The notes below the pieces were generated by a model. That model saw nothing but the letters and a program-made list of their open reading frames with translations, was not told where the DNA came from and ran no database searches. A stretch of 64,000 nt of DNA from an uncultured Methanosarcinales archaeon (GTDB lineage: Archaea > Nanobdellota > Nanobdellia > Woesearchaeales > ARS49). The translations under genes and the position numbers were made by a program. Positions 31,172 through 38,703 of this stretch are shown piece by piece; position 1 is the stretch's first letter, and each line of letters opens with the position of its first letter. The stretch spans positions 96,114 to 160,113 of the forward strand of contig CAZWVL010000002.1 of assembly GCA_964637115.1 (NCBI GenBank). The letters are read 5' to 3'.

Positions 31172-31886
31172 ACAAAGCAATTTTATCATTGCAGGCATTG
31201 TGATAGCAATCGTGCTTATAGCATTCAACTTCTATATGACTTCCCAAATTAAAAAACTGCAGCCGACAACACAGGAAAATGCACCGATGATGGGAAAATC
31301 AATGTCCAGAATGGGCTTCACTGAATTTGACAAGCAAAAAGCGCGGGAATTCATGGACAAAAACAATGATGGCAAGTGCGACATCTGCGGGATGCCTATA
31401 GAGCAATGCATTGCTTCTGGCATGATGCAGTGCAGCGGCATGGACCCAAATGCCACAATGGGACTGCTCGGCTCCCAGCACATACACGCGGACTGGAAAA
31501 TTTATCTTAACGGAAAAGAATTTGACTGGTCGCCATATGCAGAGCGACACCACAAACAAATGATGGGAGACAAGAGCATTACGGATACAAGCGCATTCAT
31601 ACATATCCACCCGGCCGAAGGGCAGGAAAAAGGAGGAGATATTATGCATATGCACGCGACTGGCATACCACTTAGCCTCTTCTTTGAGAGTCTGGGCATG
31701 AAATTTGACAAAAACTGCCTGGAAGCGGATAGCAAGAAATACTGTAATCTAAAAATGTACGTGAATGGAAAAGAAAATACTGAATTTGAAGAGTATGTAT
31801 TCAATGATTTAGACAAAATTTTAATCACGGATAAAAAAACTGAAGAGCAAATGAAAAGCATAACAAACTTCGCGGAGGCACATTAG
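31152..31886 (+). CDS. Exported protein with DxNxDG-CxxC module and HxH domain
   Basis: TM anchor, MDKNNDGKCDICGM, HIHADW, FIHIHP, HMHATG; likely start 31152. Confidence 0.75.
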   Translation: MAKRKNKQSNFIIAGIVIAIVLIAFNFYMTSQIKKLQPTTQENAPMMGKSMSRMGFTEFDKQKAREFMDKNNDGKCDICGMPIEQCIASGMMQCSGMDPNATMGLLGSQHIHADWKIYLNGKEFDWSPYAERHHKQMMGDKSITDTSAFIHIHPAEGQEKGGDIMHMHATGIPLSLFFESLGMKFDKNCLEADSKKYCNLKMYVNGKENTEFEEYVFNDLDKILITDKKTEEQMKSITNFAEAH

Positions 31887-31887
31887 G

Positions 31888-32352
31888 ATGAAAAGAATAT
31901 TCCTGGGATTATTGCTCGTGCTGGTTGCGTGCGCACCAGCTCAGACGGTGAAGGAATCTCCGCAAAAAGGATTTGACATACACCTTGATGCGCAGCACTC
32001 GGTAAAAGACGCAAAGCCAGTAGTGCATCACTGGTGCAAGCGCATAAATGCAGAAATCGTTGAATGCCTCATGTTTGATTCAGACAAAGCAAACGCAAAT
32101 CTCGTCGGTGTTGAGACGATGATACCAAACGATGTATGGAACACATTGAGCGAGGAACAGAAGAAAGAATGGCACAACCATGCTGAAAAAGTAAAACCAG
32201 AACAATTCGTTGATATGACTCCAGAAGAAGCAGCGAAGACTGCTGATGACTTAAAAAATACTTATGGCAGAGTAACATACTTCTGGAACTTCCCCAAAGA
32301 CCAATATCCTGTAGTGCGGCCATTCCTAGACTCGGACCCGGTGACCCAATGA
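31888..32352 (+). CDS. DUF1264/OBAP-like lipoprotein
   Basis: LVAC lipobox; HHWCK..ECLMFD..ANLVGVE..WHNH. Confidence 0.75.
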   Translation: MKRIFLGLLLVLVACAPAQTVKESPQKGFDIHLDAQHSVKDAKPVVHHWCKRINAEIVECLMFDSDKANANLVGVETMIPNDVWNTLSEEQKKEWHNHAEKVKPEQFVDMTPEEAAKTADDLKNTYGRVTYFWNFPKDQYPVVRPFLDSDPVTQ

Positions 32353-32699
32353 AACAGGAATACCTTCTTGCAGGAATATGCGTCGTGCTGGTGGCTATCG
32401 TCGGCTTTCAGGCATATTCGATGTTAGGATTATCAAAAAACACAAATGTCCAGGCGGCTTCTGCGCCAGCACAGCAAGCACCACAGTTAAAGCTCCCTGC
32501 AAACATTCAATCAAGCGCGCCAATGAGTTTTGCCAGCTTTGAAGAAGAAGTTGCGTATTACAAGAAGAATGCAAATAATCCGAAGAATATCAATATAGAA
32601 CAGGCAGTGCGCAACATGGATGCAAATCATGATGGCCTGTGCGACAAATGTGGCATGGCAATCCTGCACTGCATAGAACAAGGAATGGAGAATATGTAG
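32349..32699 (+). CDS. Small exported protein with DxNxDG-CxxC module
   Basis: TM anchor, A/P/Q linker, MDANHDGLCDKCGMAILHC. Confidence 0.75.
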   Translation: MKQEYLLAGICVVLVAIVGFQAYSMLGLSKNTNVQAASAPAQQAPQLKLPANIQSSAPMSFASFEEEVAYYKKNANNPKNINIEQAVRNMDANHDGLCDKCGMAILHCIEQGMENM

Positions 32700-32879
32700 A
32701 TGAAATGTGGGAAGCACAAATGGCTCATATCCCTTTGCTGCCTGCTTCCCATACTTATCATTGTTGCACTGCCGCTTTTTGGCATACGAAATCAGTATAT
32801 CAGCTGGCTTGCATTTCTCGCATGCCCGTTAGCCATGCTGCTCATGATGATGAACAATGATAAAAAAAGGTGCCACTAA
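32700..32879 (+). CDS. DUF2933-like small membrane protein (59 aa)
   Basis: Not in the ORF track. MKCGKHKWLISLCCLLPILIIVALPLFGIRNQYISWLAFLACPLAMLLMMMNNDKKRCH; ATG directly follows the upstream TAG. Confidence 0.8.
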   Translation: MKCGKHKWLISLCCLLPILIIVALPLFGIRNQYISWLAFLACPLAMLLMMMNNDKKRCH

Positions 32880-32932
32880 GATGAATGAAAAGCTCACATC
32901 TGCACACAAGCAGAATATGAGGAGTATGTGAA

Positions 32933-33889
32933 ATGAAGAAGTTAATGCCACTATTCATCATCGCAGCACTGCTGACCATTTCTGCTTATGCACTCGAACT
33001 ACCACCAGGAGTGCAGAAACTTCTCGAATATCAGAACACAGTTGCACTTTCTATAACGTTTTTAATTGCATTCCTCGGCGGAATAATAACGTTCACATCA
33101 CCCTGCGGATTTGTTGTTTTACCGACCTTTTTTTCATACCTTTTCAAAGAAAGAAAACGTGCAATGTTCATGACTGCAATATTCTCACTCGGCATGACCA
33201 CCGCATTCATAATTTTTGGAATAATCGCCGGAGCAGTTGGAAATTTCTTCAACGATTACAAAACATTCTTTGCATCCCTTTCCGGCATACTGCTTGTTAT
33301 ATTTGGAATCATGCTCATTTTCAATGTCGGCTTCAGCATATTTGACTTCAAAGTCAAGCACAAGCCAAACCATGGCTGGGGAGTTTTCTTTCTCGGATTT
33401 TTCTTCGCAATTGGCTGGACGCCGTGCGTCGGACCTATACTCGGCGGCATAATCGTCCTGGCAACAGGAGTTGGAAGCATACTAAAATCAGCGCTCCTGT
33501 TCGGCTTCTATGCACTAGGCGTTGCACTGCCACTTCTCATTGTATCGTACTTCTCTGACAAATATGATGTTGCCAGATGGTTCACCAGCAAGCACGTCGA
33601 ATTCAGCATATTTGGAAAGAAAATATACACGCACCTCTATGGAATCATCGGCGGCATAATTTTGATAATAGTCGGACTCATCATGTTCTTCCAAAAAGGC
33701 ACAAAAATTTTCATGGACAAAATTCCCGAATATCTTCCATGGACTATGGATATGTTCACTGATGTCAATGAAAAGCTGGTTGAGTCGGCATTTTTCACCA
33801 GCAGGACAGCAAACATTATCGGTATCATTATTGGACTTGTGTTATTGTTTGTTTTATGGAAAGCAATATGGCATCACAAAAAAGAATAA
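32933..33889 (+). CDS. ccdA: CcdA/DsbD transmembrane electron-transfer protein
   Basis: TFTSPCGFVVLP and GWTPCVGPILG Cys pair, multiple TMs. Confidence 0.9.
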   Translation: MKKLMPLFIIAALLTISAYALELPPGVQKLLEYQNTVALSITFLIAFLGGIITFTSPCGFVVLPTFFSYLFKERKRAMFMTAIFSLGMTTAFIIFGIIAGAVGNFFNDYKTFFASLSGILLVIFGIMLIFNVGFSIFDFKVKHKPNHGWGVFFLGFFFAIGWTPCVGPILGGIIVLATGVGSILKSALLFGFYALGVALPLLIVSYFSDKYDVARWFTSKHVEFSIFGKKIYTHLYGIIGGIILIIVGLIMFFQKGTKIFMDKIPEYLPWTMDMFTDVNEKLVESAFFTSRTANIIGIIIGLVLLFVLWKAIWHHKKE

Positions 33890-33914
33890 ATAGGAGGAGT
33901 TAAAGCACACACTT

Positions 33915-34595
33915 ATGCAAGACGATGGTTCAAAAGAAGTGTTGGACGCGCTTACGGGACATGAACGCCGCGAGCAAGCGAAAAAAGCAAAAGAAGAAGC
34001 TCGCGAGCAGAAAGAATCAGCACAAGAAGCAAAAGAACAAAAAAAGAGCTACTTTTGGATAGCCGTTACTCTCATAGTTCTCATCGCATTTGCAGGCGGC
34101 GTCTGGTGGCTGTACACGCACAAAAAAGAAACATATACGGACGGTCCTGTTCACTGGCACGTGCTTCTGGATATTAGAATTTGCGGGGAAAAACGCGATA
34201 TACGCGGCGGCAAAACATCGGGAAACATGGGTGACAAGGCCATGTATGGACCCCACTTGCTGCACCACCATAACGACAATACCATTCACATCGAAGGACA
34301 AATCATAAAGAAAGAAGACATTGCACTTGGAAACTTCTTTGACGGAATAGATATTCCATTTGACAAAGACAAAATAATGGACAAGAAAAACGGCGACTTA
34401 TGTCCTGATGGCAGGCCTGGTGTGTTAAAGATGTACGTAAATGACCAGCCAAGAACAGACTTCAGAGATTACGTGCCATTCGCAGTTCAGGACGCGCGCA
34501 AACAAATTGTCAAGCTCGTGTTTGAACCGGAAGGCGGAATGGCAGCAAATGTTACTGCGGCAAACACGACAAATATAACTAATACAAGTTCGTAA
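33915..34595 (+). CDS. Single-TM protein with exported HxH domain
   Basis: HWHVLLDIRICG, LHHHNDNTIHIEG, LGNFF, LKMYVN; paralog of the C-domain of 31152-31886. Confidence 0.75.
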   Translation: MQDDGSKEVLDALTGHERREQAKKAKEEAREQKESAQEAKEQKKSYFWIAVTLIVLIAFAGGVWWLYTHKKETYTDGPVHWHVLLDIRICGEKRDIRGGKTSGNMGDKAMYGPHLLHHHNDNTIHIEGQIIKKEDIALGNFFDGIDIPFDKDKIMDKKNGDLCPDGRPGVLKMYVNDQPRTDFRDYVPFAVQDARKQIVKLVFEPEGGMAANVTAANTTNITNTSS

Positions 34596-34613
34596 AGCTT
34601 TTATACTAAAGCT

Positions 34614-34628
34614 TTTCAATGAATGTAA
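34614..34628. promoter_or_regulatory. Candidate BlaI-like operator, site 3 (TTTCA-N5-TGTAA)
   Basis: Between TTTTATA (34599-34605) and ATG 34649. Confidence 0.45.
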
Positions 34629-34648
34629 AGCAATAGGCAGGTGTAAAA

Positions 34649-35404
34649 ATGACAGAACATCACAAAGAACAGGAAGTAAGCAGTTCAACGATATGGCTCA
34701 TTGCCATCGCAGCAGTGTTAATTCTTTTCAACCAGATACAATTATTCCAGCTTGGCAATATGGTCGGTGTTCCGGTATTTGGCGGCATCGGCGGAAGCAA
34801 GCTCTCATTTTCAGGCGGCGAAGGAAAAACATTAGCGCCAGTGCTTCTGGCAGCAGGAGAAAGCCCAGTACTTCCAGGCTACGGCACAAAAGTCAAAGAG
34901 CTTCCAACAATCAGCAAATCGCCAGCAAAGAAAGAAACCGGCGATGCAGCACAAGACGCATTGAATTTCCTTGTTCCAACCGGCGTACCAGAATACGGCC
35001 AGGAAGTAGGAATCACGTTTGATGATCCGATAGGCGCACAAAAAGTCTGGGGTGCTTACGACAGAAGCATACAACTAACTCCAGAACAGCAGAAACGCTG
35101 GGATAAAATAGTGGGCTCATTCACCTGCGACTACTGCTGCGGCTCGCCACAAAGGCCGACAATAATCACCCACTGCGGATGTGCGCACGCACGAGCATGG
35201 AGAGGAATGGCAAAATGGTTCATCACTAACATGGGCGACCAAGTAAGTGATGAACAAATAATGGGAGAGTTAAGCAAATGGAAAGCACTCTGGTATCCAG
35301 GACCAACTGTCAAACGAGTTGTCCAGGAACAATCTCTCGCATCAGGAGATACATCAGCACCAGTCAAACTTGACGACCTGCCGCAAATGGTAGGCGGATG
35401 TTAG
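34649..35404 (+). CDS. Exported Cys-cluster protein ending LPQMVGGC
   Basis: TM anchor; CDYCCG-x10-CGCAH cluster; C-terminal DDLPQMVGGC. Confidence 0.8.
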   Translation: MTEHHKEQEVSSSTIWLIAIAAVLILFNQIQLFQLGNMVGVPVFGGIGGSKLSFSGGEGKTLAPVLLAAGESPVLPGYGTKVKELPTISKSPAKKETGDAAQDALNFLVPTGVPEYGQEVGITFDDPIGAQKVWGAYDRSIQLTPEQQKRWDKIVGSFTCDYCCGSPQRPTIITHCGCAHARAWRGMAKWFITNMGDQVSDEQIMGELSKWKALWYPGPTVKRVVQEQSLASGDTSAPVKLDDLPQMVGGC

Positions 35405-35414
35405 GAGGCAAAAA

Positions 35415-35618
35415 ATGAACAAAAACGTCGTAATTGCAATCGTGCTTGGAGCACTCGTGTTAATCGCGGGCATACAAGCATTCCAGCTATTTACCTTGAA
35501 GGATAAGCTGGGAAGCGGACAGTTAAGCGCTGGAACTAGCACACAGGCGAGCTCAGGAGGCAATCCACAGCTACCAAGCAACCTGCAAAATCTGCCAGAA
35601 ATGGTCGGCGGCTGTTAA
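35415..35618 (+). CDS. Small TM-anchored peptide ending LPEMVGGC
   Basis: GGAGG RBS; TM, G/S linker, QNLPEMVGGC. Confidence 0.8.
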   Translation: MNKNVVIAIVLGALVLIAGIQAFQLFTLKDKLGSGQLSAGTSTQASSGGNPQLPSNLQNLPEMVGGC

Positions 35619-35646
35619 TTAGTTTTTTTTAAATTGCTTTTTTAAC
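35619..35646 (+). terminator. Oligo-T tract, candidate archaeal terminator
   Basis: T runs immediately after the stop codon. Confidence 0.4.
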
Positions 35647-35714
35647 TTATATTTTGATGAGGGCAAAAGCATAAATACCAGTGGTTCTCCGACCAGAACA
35701 AGAGGGGCATACAC

Positions 35715-36863
35715 ATGACAAAAGAAGATAAACTCAGCAATATCAACACATACTTGATAATCGCACTTGTTATCGTTGTCGGCATTGGATTGTACTTTAC
35801 ACTTTCCGTTCCTGTTAAAGAAGCACCAAAAGCCATCCCTCCAAAAGAAGTAATGGTAACAATTCTCCAAGGATGCGAAGACTGCTTCAACATCAGCGCG
35901 GCAACAGACTTCCTTAAACAGCAGAAGAACATTAACATTACATCAACAAAAGAACTCAGTCTTGAAGAAGCAGCAGCAGAAGCAGCCAAGTATGGCATCA
36001 CCAAGCTGCCAGCAGCAATAATTACGGGAGACATTGCAAATCTGACAATAGAGAATTTCGACACGAAAGAAAATGCGCTAGTATTCGATAAATCGCCGCC
36101 ACCATACTATGATGTTTCAGCAGGAGCTGTAAAAGGAAAAGTAATTGTAACAATAATCGAAGACAAAAGCTGCACCAACTGCTTTGACATGAGCCAGATT
36201 ATGGACCAGCTCAAGAGCGCAGGCATCAAGATAACAAGCGAGACAAGAGTAGATGCCAAGAGCACAGACGGAAAGCAGCTCATATCACAATACAAGATAG
36301 AAAAGGTTCCAACACTTATTTTCAACAATGACGCTTTAGAATATGATGTTGTAACACAAGTCTGGGACCAAGTTGGCAGCAAGGAAAGCGACGGCAGCCT
36401 TGTATTAAGGCTTGTCACCCCGCCATACGTCAACGTAAGCACGGGCAAAATAGAAGGACTTGTGGAAATGACAATGCTTACAGATAAAGGCTGCAAAGAA
36501 TGTTACAATGCAAGCGTGCTTCAAGACTTGTTCAGCCAGAGCTTCGGCATGACATTCAAAAAGGCGAAGAATGTGGATGTCGCAAGCACTGAAGGAAAAA
36601 CCCTGCTCAAGAAATACAGTATAGAACTTGTTCCAACAGTCATATTGTCAAAAGATGCAAGCGCATATCCAAACCTGCCGCAATCGTGGAAGCAGATTGG
36701 CAGCCAAGAGAAGGACGGCGTGTATGTCTTCAGAAGCATTCCACTGCTTCAAGACTACTTTGCAGAATCAGGCGGAAGTTTTGCCTATAAGAACGTAAGT
36801 TCAGGCGAAGTAATGCCGAAGAAAGAAGAAGCAGAGATAACTGCACCTTCTGAAGAAAAGTAA
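35715..36863 (+). CDS. Exported protein with three thioredoxin-like CxxC domains
   Basis: CEDC, CTNC and CKEC, each followed by a cis-Pro-like KLP/KVP/LVP loop. Confidence 0.8.
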   Translation: MTKEDKLSNINTYLIIALVIVVGIGLYFTLSVPVKEAPKAIPPKEVMVTILQGCEDCFNISAATDFLKQQKNINITSTKELSLEEAAAEAAKYGITKLPAAIITGDIANLTIENFDTKENALVFDKSPPPYYDVSAGAVKGKVIVTIIEDKSCTNCFDMSQIMDQLKSAGIKITSETRVDAKSTDGKQLISQYKIEKVPTLIFNNDALEYDVVTQVWDQVGSKESDGSLVLRLVTPPYVNVSTGKIEGLVEMTMLTDKGCKECYNASVLQDLFSQSFGMTFKKAKNVDVASTEGKTLLKKYSIELVPTVILSKDASAYPNLPQSWKQIGSQEKDGVYVFRSIPLLQDYFAESGGSFAYKNVSSGEVMPKKEEAEITAPSEEK

Positions 36864-36943
36864 TTCTTTTTTTATAGTTATTTTTAATGATAAAGTTTAA
36901 ATACTTAGATTATTGTAACTCTTCTATCAAAAGTGGTGAGGGT

Positions 36944-37090
36944 ATGATGAAAGCAAAGTACCGATGCGGCGGGTGCAACTGGAAGTTTACTAGAAACTAC
37001 CAGCCAAATTTGTGCCCATATTGCGGCAAAGCAGCAATTTCTATTGACGCAACGCAAGCTGCAGACGAATTGTTAAGAGAAATAGAGTGA
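36944..37090 (+). CDS. Small C4 zinc-finger protein (48 aa)
   Basis: GGTGAGG RBS; CGGC...CPYC; track start 36887 is probably too long. Confidence 0.75.
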   Translation: MMKAKYRCGGCNWKFTRNYQPNLCPYCGKAAISIDATQAADELLREIE

Positions 37091-37140
37091 CTTTTTCTCA
37101 ATTCATAACATTTATCTAATTGAAGTTTTTTTCTTTGCAC

Positions 37141-37482
37141 ATGCGGGCGTGGATTGCATTCGGAATTTTAATTGCATTAATTCTGCTTGTAAATTTTGGA
37201 CCTATGCTATTAGCAAGCGGATGTCCAAGCAAACAATACGGCAATGGTAGCTCAGTTATCAAGTATTTCTCATCACCATTCTGCTTGGCGTGCTGGGCGC
37301 AAAAACCCATTATAGAACGCGTTGCTGCTGAAGAAAACGTAACTTTTGAAGAATACGATGTTGACTTTTGCAGGGATGCAGCAACGCCACATTACGTCAG
37401 AGGAGTTCCAGCATTCAAAGTTGGCGATACAATTAAATACGGCCTCCAGAACGAGGAACAACTAAGGGAGATGGTCGGATGA
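37141..37482 (+). CDS. Exported thioredoxin-family protein
   Basis: TM anchor; YFSSPFCLAC, VRGVPAF. Confidence 0.8.
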   Translation: MRAWIAFGILIALILLVNFGPMLLASGCPSKQYGNGSSVIKYFSSPFCLACWAQKPIIERVAAEENVTFEEYDVDFCRDAATPHYVRGVPAFKVGDTIKYGLQNEEQLREMVG

Positions 37483-37679
37483 AATACAGAATTCTGCTGG
37501 CAGCACTGTGCTTAGGAATACTTGTTGGATTAACATTCTTCGGCCAATCTGAAGTAACGCCGACTGGAACAGCATCATTCAATTGCTACGTCGAGAACGA
37601 GCCCTGCAGCTGCGACGATAAACAGTGTGTTTGCGGTGAACATACTGTACCTATAGAGTATTGCAGTAAAAAAGCTTAA
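37479..37679 (+). CDS. Small exported Cys-rich peptide
   Basis: Signal, PTG, then NCYVENEPCSCDDKQCVCGEHTVPIEYC. Confidence 0.7.
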   Translation: MKYRILLAALCLGILVGLTFFGQSEVTPTGTASFNCYVENEPCSCDDKQCVCGEHTVPIEYCSKKA

Positions 37680-37705
37680 ATACTAACGTTGAGCAGGATG
37701 CATCA

Positions 37706-37882
37706 ATGAATACAGAATACATATTTTACACCGTCGGCATAATATTCATGATTGCCGCAGTTTTATACTTCACCTGGGACTATTTATTCCAGCTTGCACG
37801 AAGCCTCAAAATTGTTGCACTCATCTTACTAACATTGTTCTTCTATTTCATGGCAAATTTCTTCAAGGAGCGTGATCTTTAA
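37706..37882 (+). CDS. Small 2-TM protein (58 aa)
   Basis: Not in the track. MNTEYIFYTVGIIFMIAAVLYFTWDYLFQLARSLKIVALILLTLFFYFMANFFKERDL; TAATG coupling to the next gene. Confidence 0.7.
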   Translation: MNTEYIFYTVGIIFMIAAVLYFTWDYLFQLARSLKIVALILLTLFFYFMANFFKERDL

Positions 37883-38703
37883 TGCCATCAACCTGGGCTC
37901 CTATCGTGTTTTGGGTATTGCTAGTGCCATTACTGATAATAATGTTAATAGTGTATTTGCGCAGCAAGAAATTTTCCAGACTTGTCTTCATATTAAGCGT
38001 TTTTACGTACGCAATGACAGTCATGTACTGGATTGACGCTTACTTGCTAGGAAGAAACGCCATTGTTTTCCTTCTCGTAATTTCATCATTGCTAATGATG
38101 TTCGTCGGCTGGCTAATTCACAAAGAGAAAAGAGAAAAATCGTGGGGCGGATGGAAAATAGCCACGACATGCATGGCAGCCATAGCGATTATTGTAGCGC
38201 TAAGCGCATCACCGATTGGATGGAAAATTTCAACAAGTTCGACGCCCTCAATCAAACTGAGCGAGTTACAGCCAATCCTTGAAGAAGGACAGCCAAGTTA
38301 CAGCGCATCATTCCAGATTTACACAGTTACGGTAACCAATACATTCATTCCAAGACAATACGAACTGCCGCAAGCATCAGCATGCTTGTATAACATCGAG
38401 AAAAAAGCAGCAACGAATGCAAATGTCTTCTGGAGCGAGCCAGGAGTGCAGTCAGATTTCGGGCTTCCAGGCAACACAGTTGAAGTAGGCAGAGGAAGCA
38501 AAACAGCAACACTCAAAATCAGCCAGAGTCCATATTACAAGCCAGCGCCCCGCGAAGCAAAGCCAGTACAATTTGAGCCGCAAGTGTGGAATGAGCTTTA
38601 CTTGTTCTTGAGCACAGGTAGAACATATCAGTATGTCGACTGCTACAACTTTGACTCTGTAGACAAAAGCAAGGCGATAAAAATACTAATCTCTCAGGAC
38701 TAA
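37882..38703 (+). CDS. Membrane protein with exported C-terminal domain
   Basis: Four N-terminal TMs followed by a soluble domain. Confidence 0.7.
   Translation: MPSTWAPIVFWVLLVPLLIIMLIVYLRSKKFSRLVFILSVFTYAMTVMYWIDAYLLGRNAIVFLLVISSLLMMFVGWLIHKEKREKSWGGWKIATTCMAAIAIIVALSASPIGWKISTSSTPSIKLSELQPILEEGQPSYSASFQIYTVTVTNTFIPRQYELPQASACLYNIEKKAATNANVFWSEPGVQSDFGLPGNTVEVGRGSKTATLKISQSPYYKPAPREAKPVQFEPQVWNELYLFLSTGRTYQYVDCYNFDSVDKSKAIKILISQD

Noticed and set aside
32881-32931. 16-codon ORF MNEKLTSAHKQNMRSM before ccdA
   Set aside because: Too short and featureless; it contains the probable ccdA RBS
35402-35618. Selenocysteine read-through after MVGGC (TrxR-like GCUG tail)
   Set aside because: The stops are TAG and TAA, not TGA
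29927-37679. Cytochrome c maturation or classical cop/mer operon
   Set aside because: No CxxCH proteins, CcmF/CcsA, P1B-ATPase, multicopper oxidase or MerA in the locus
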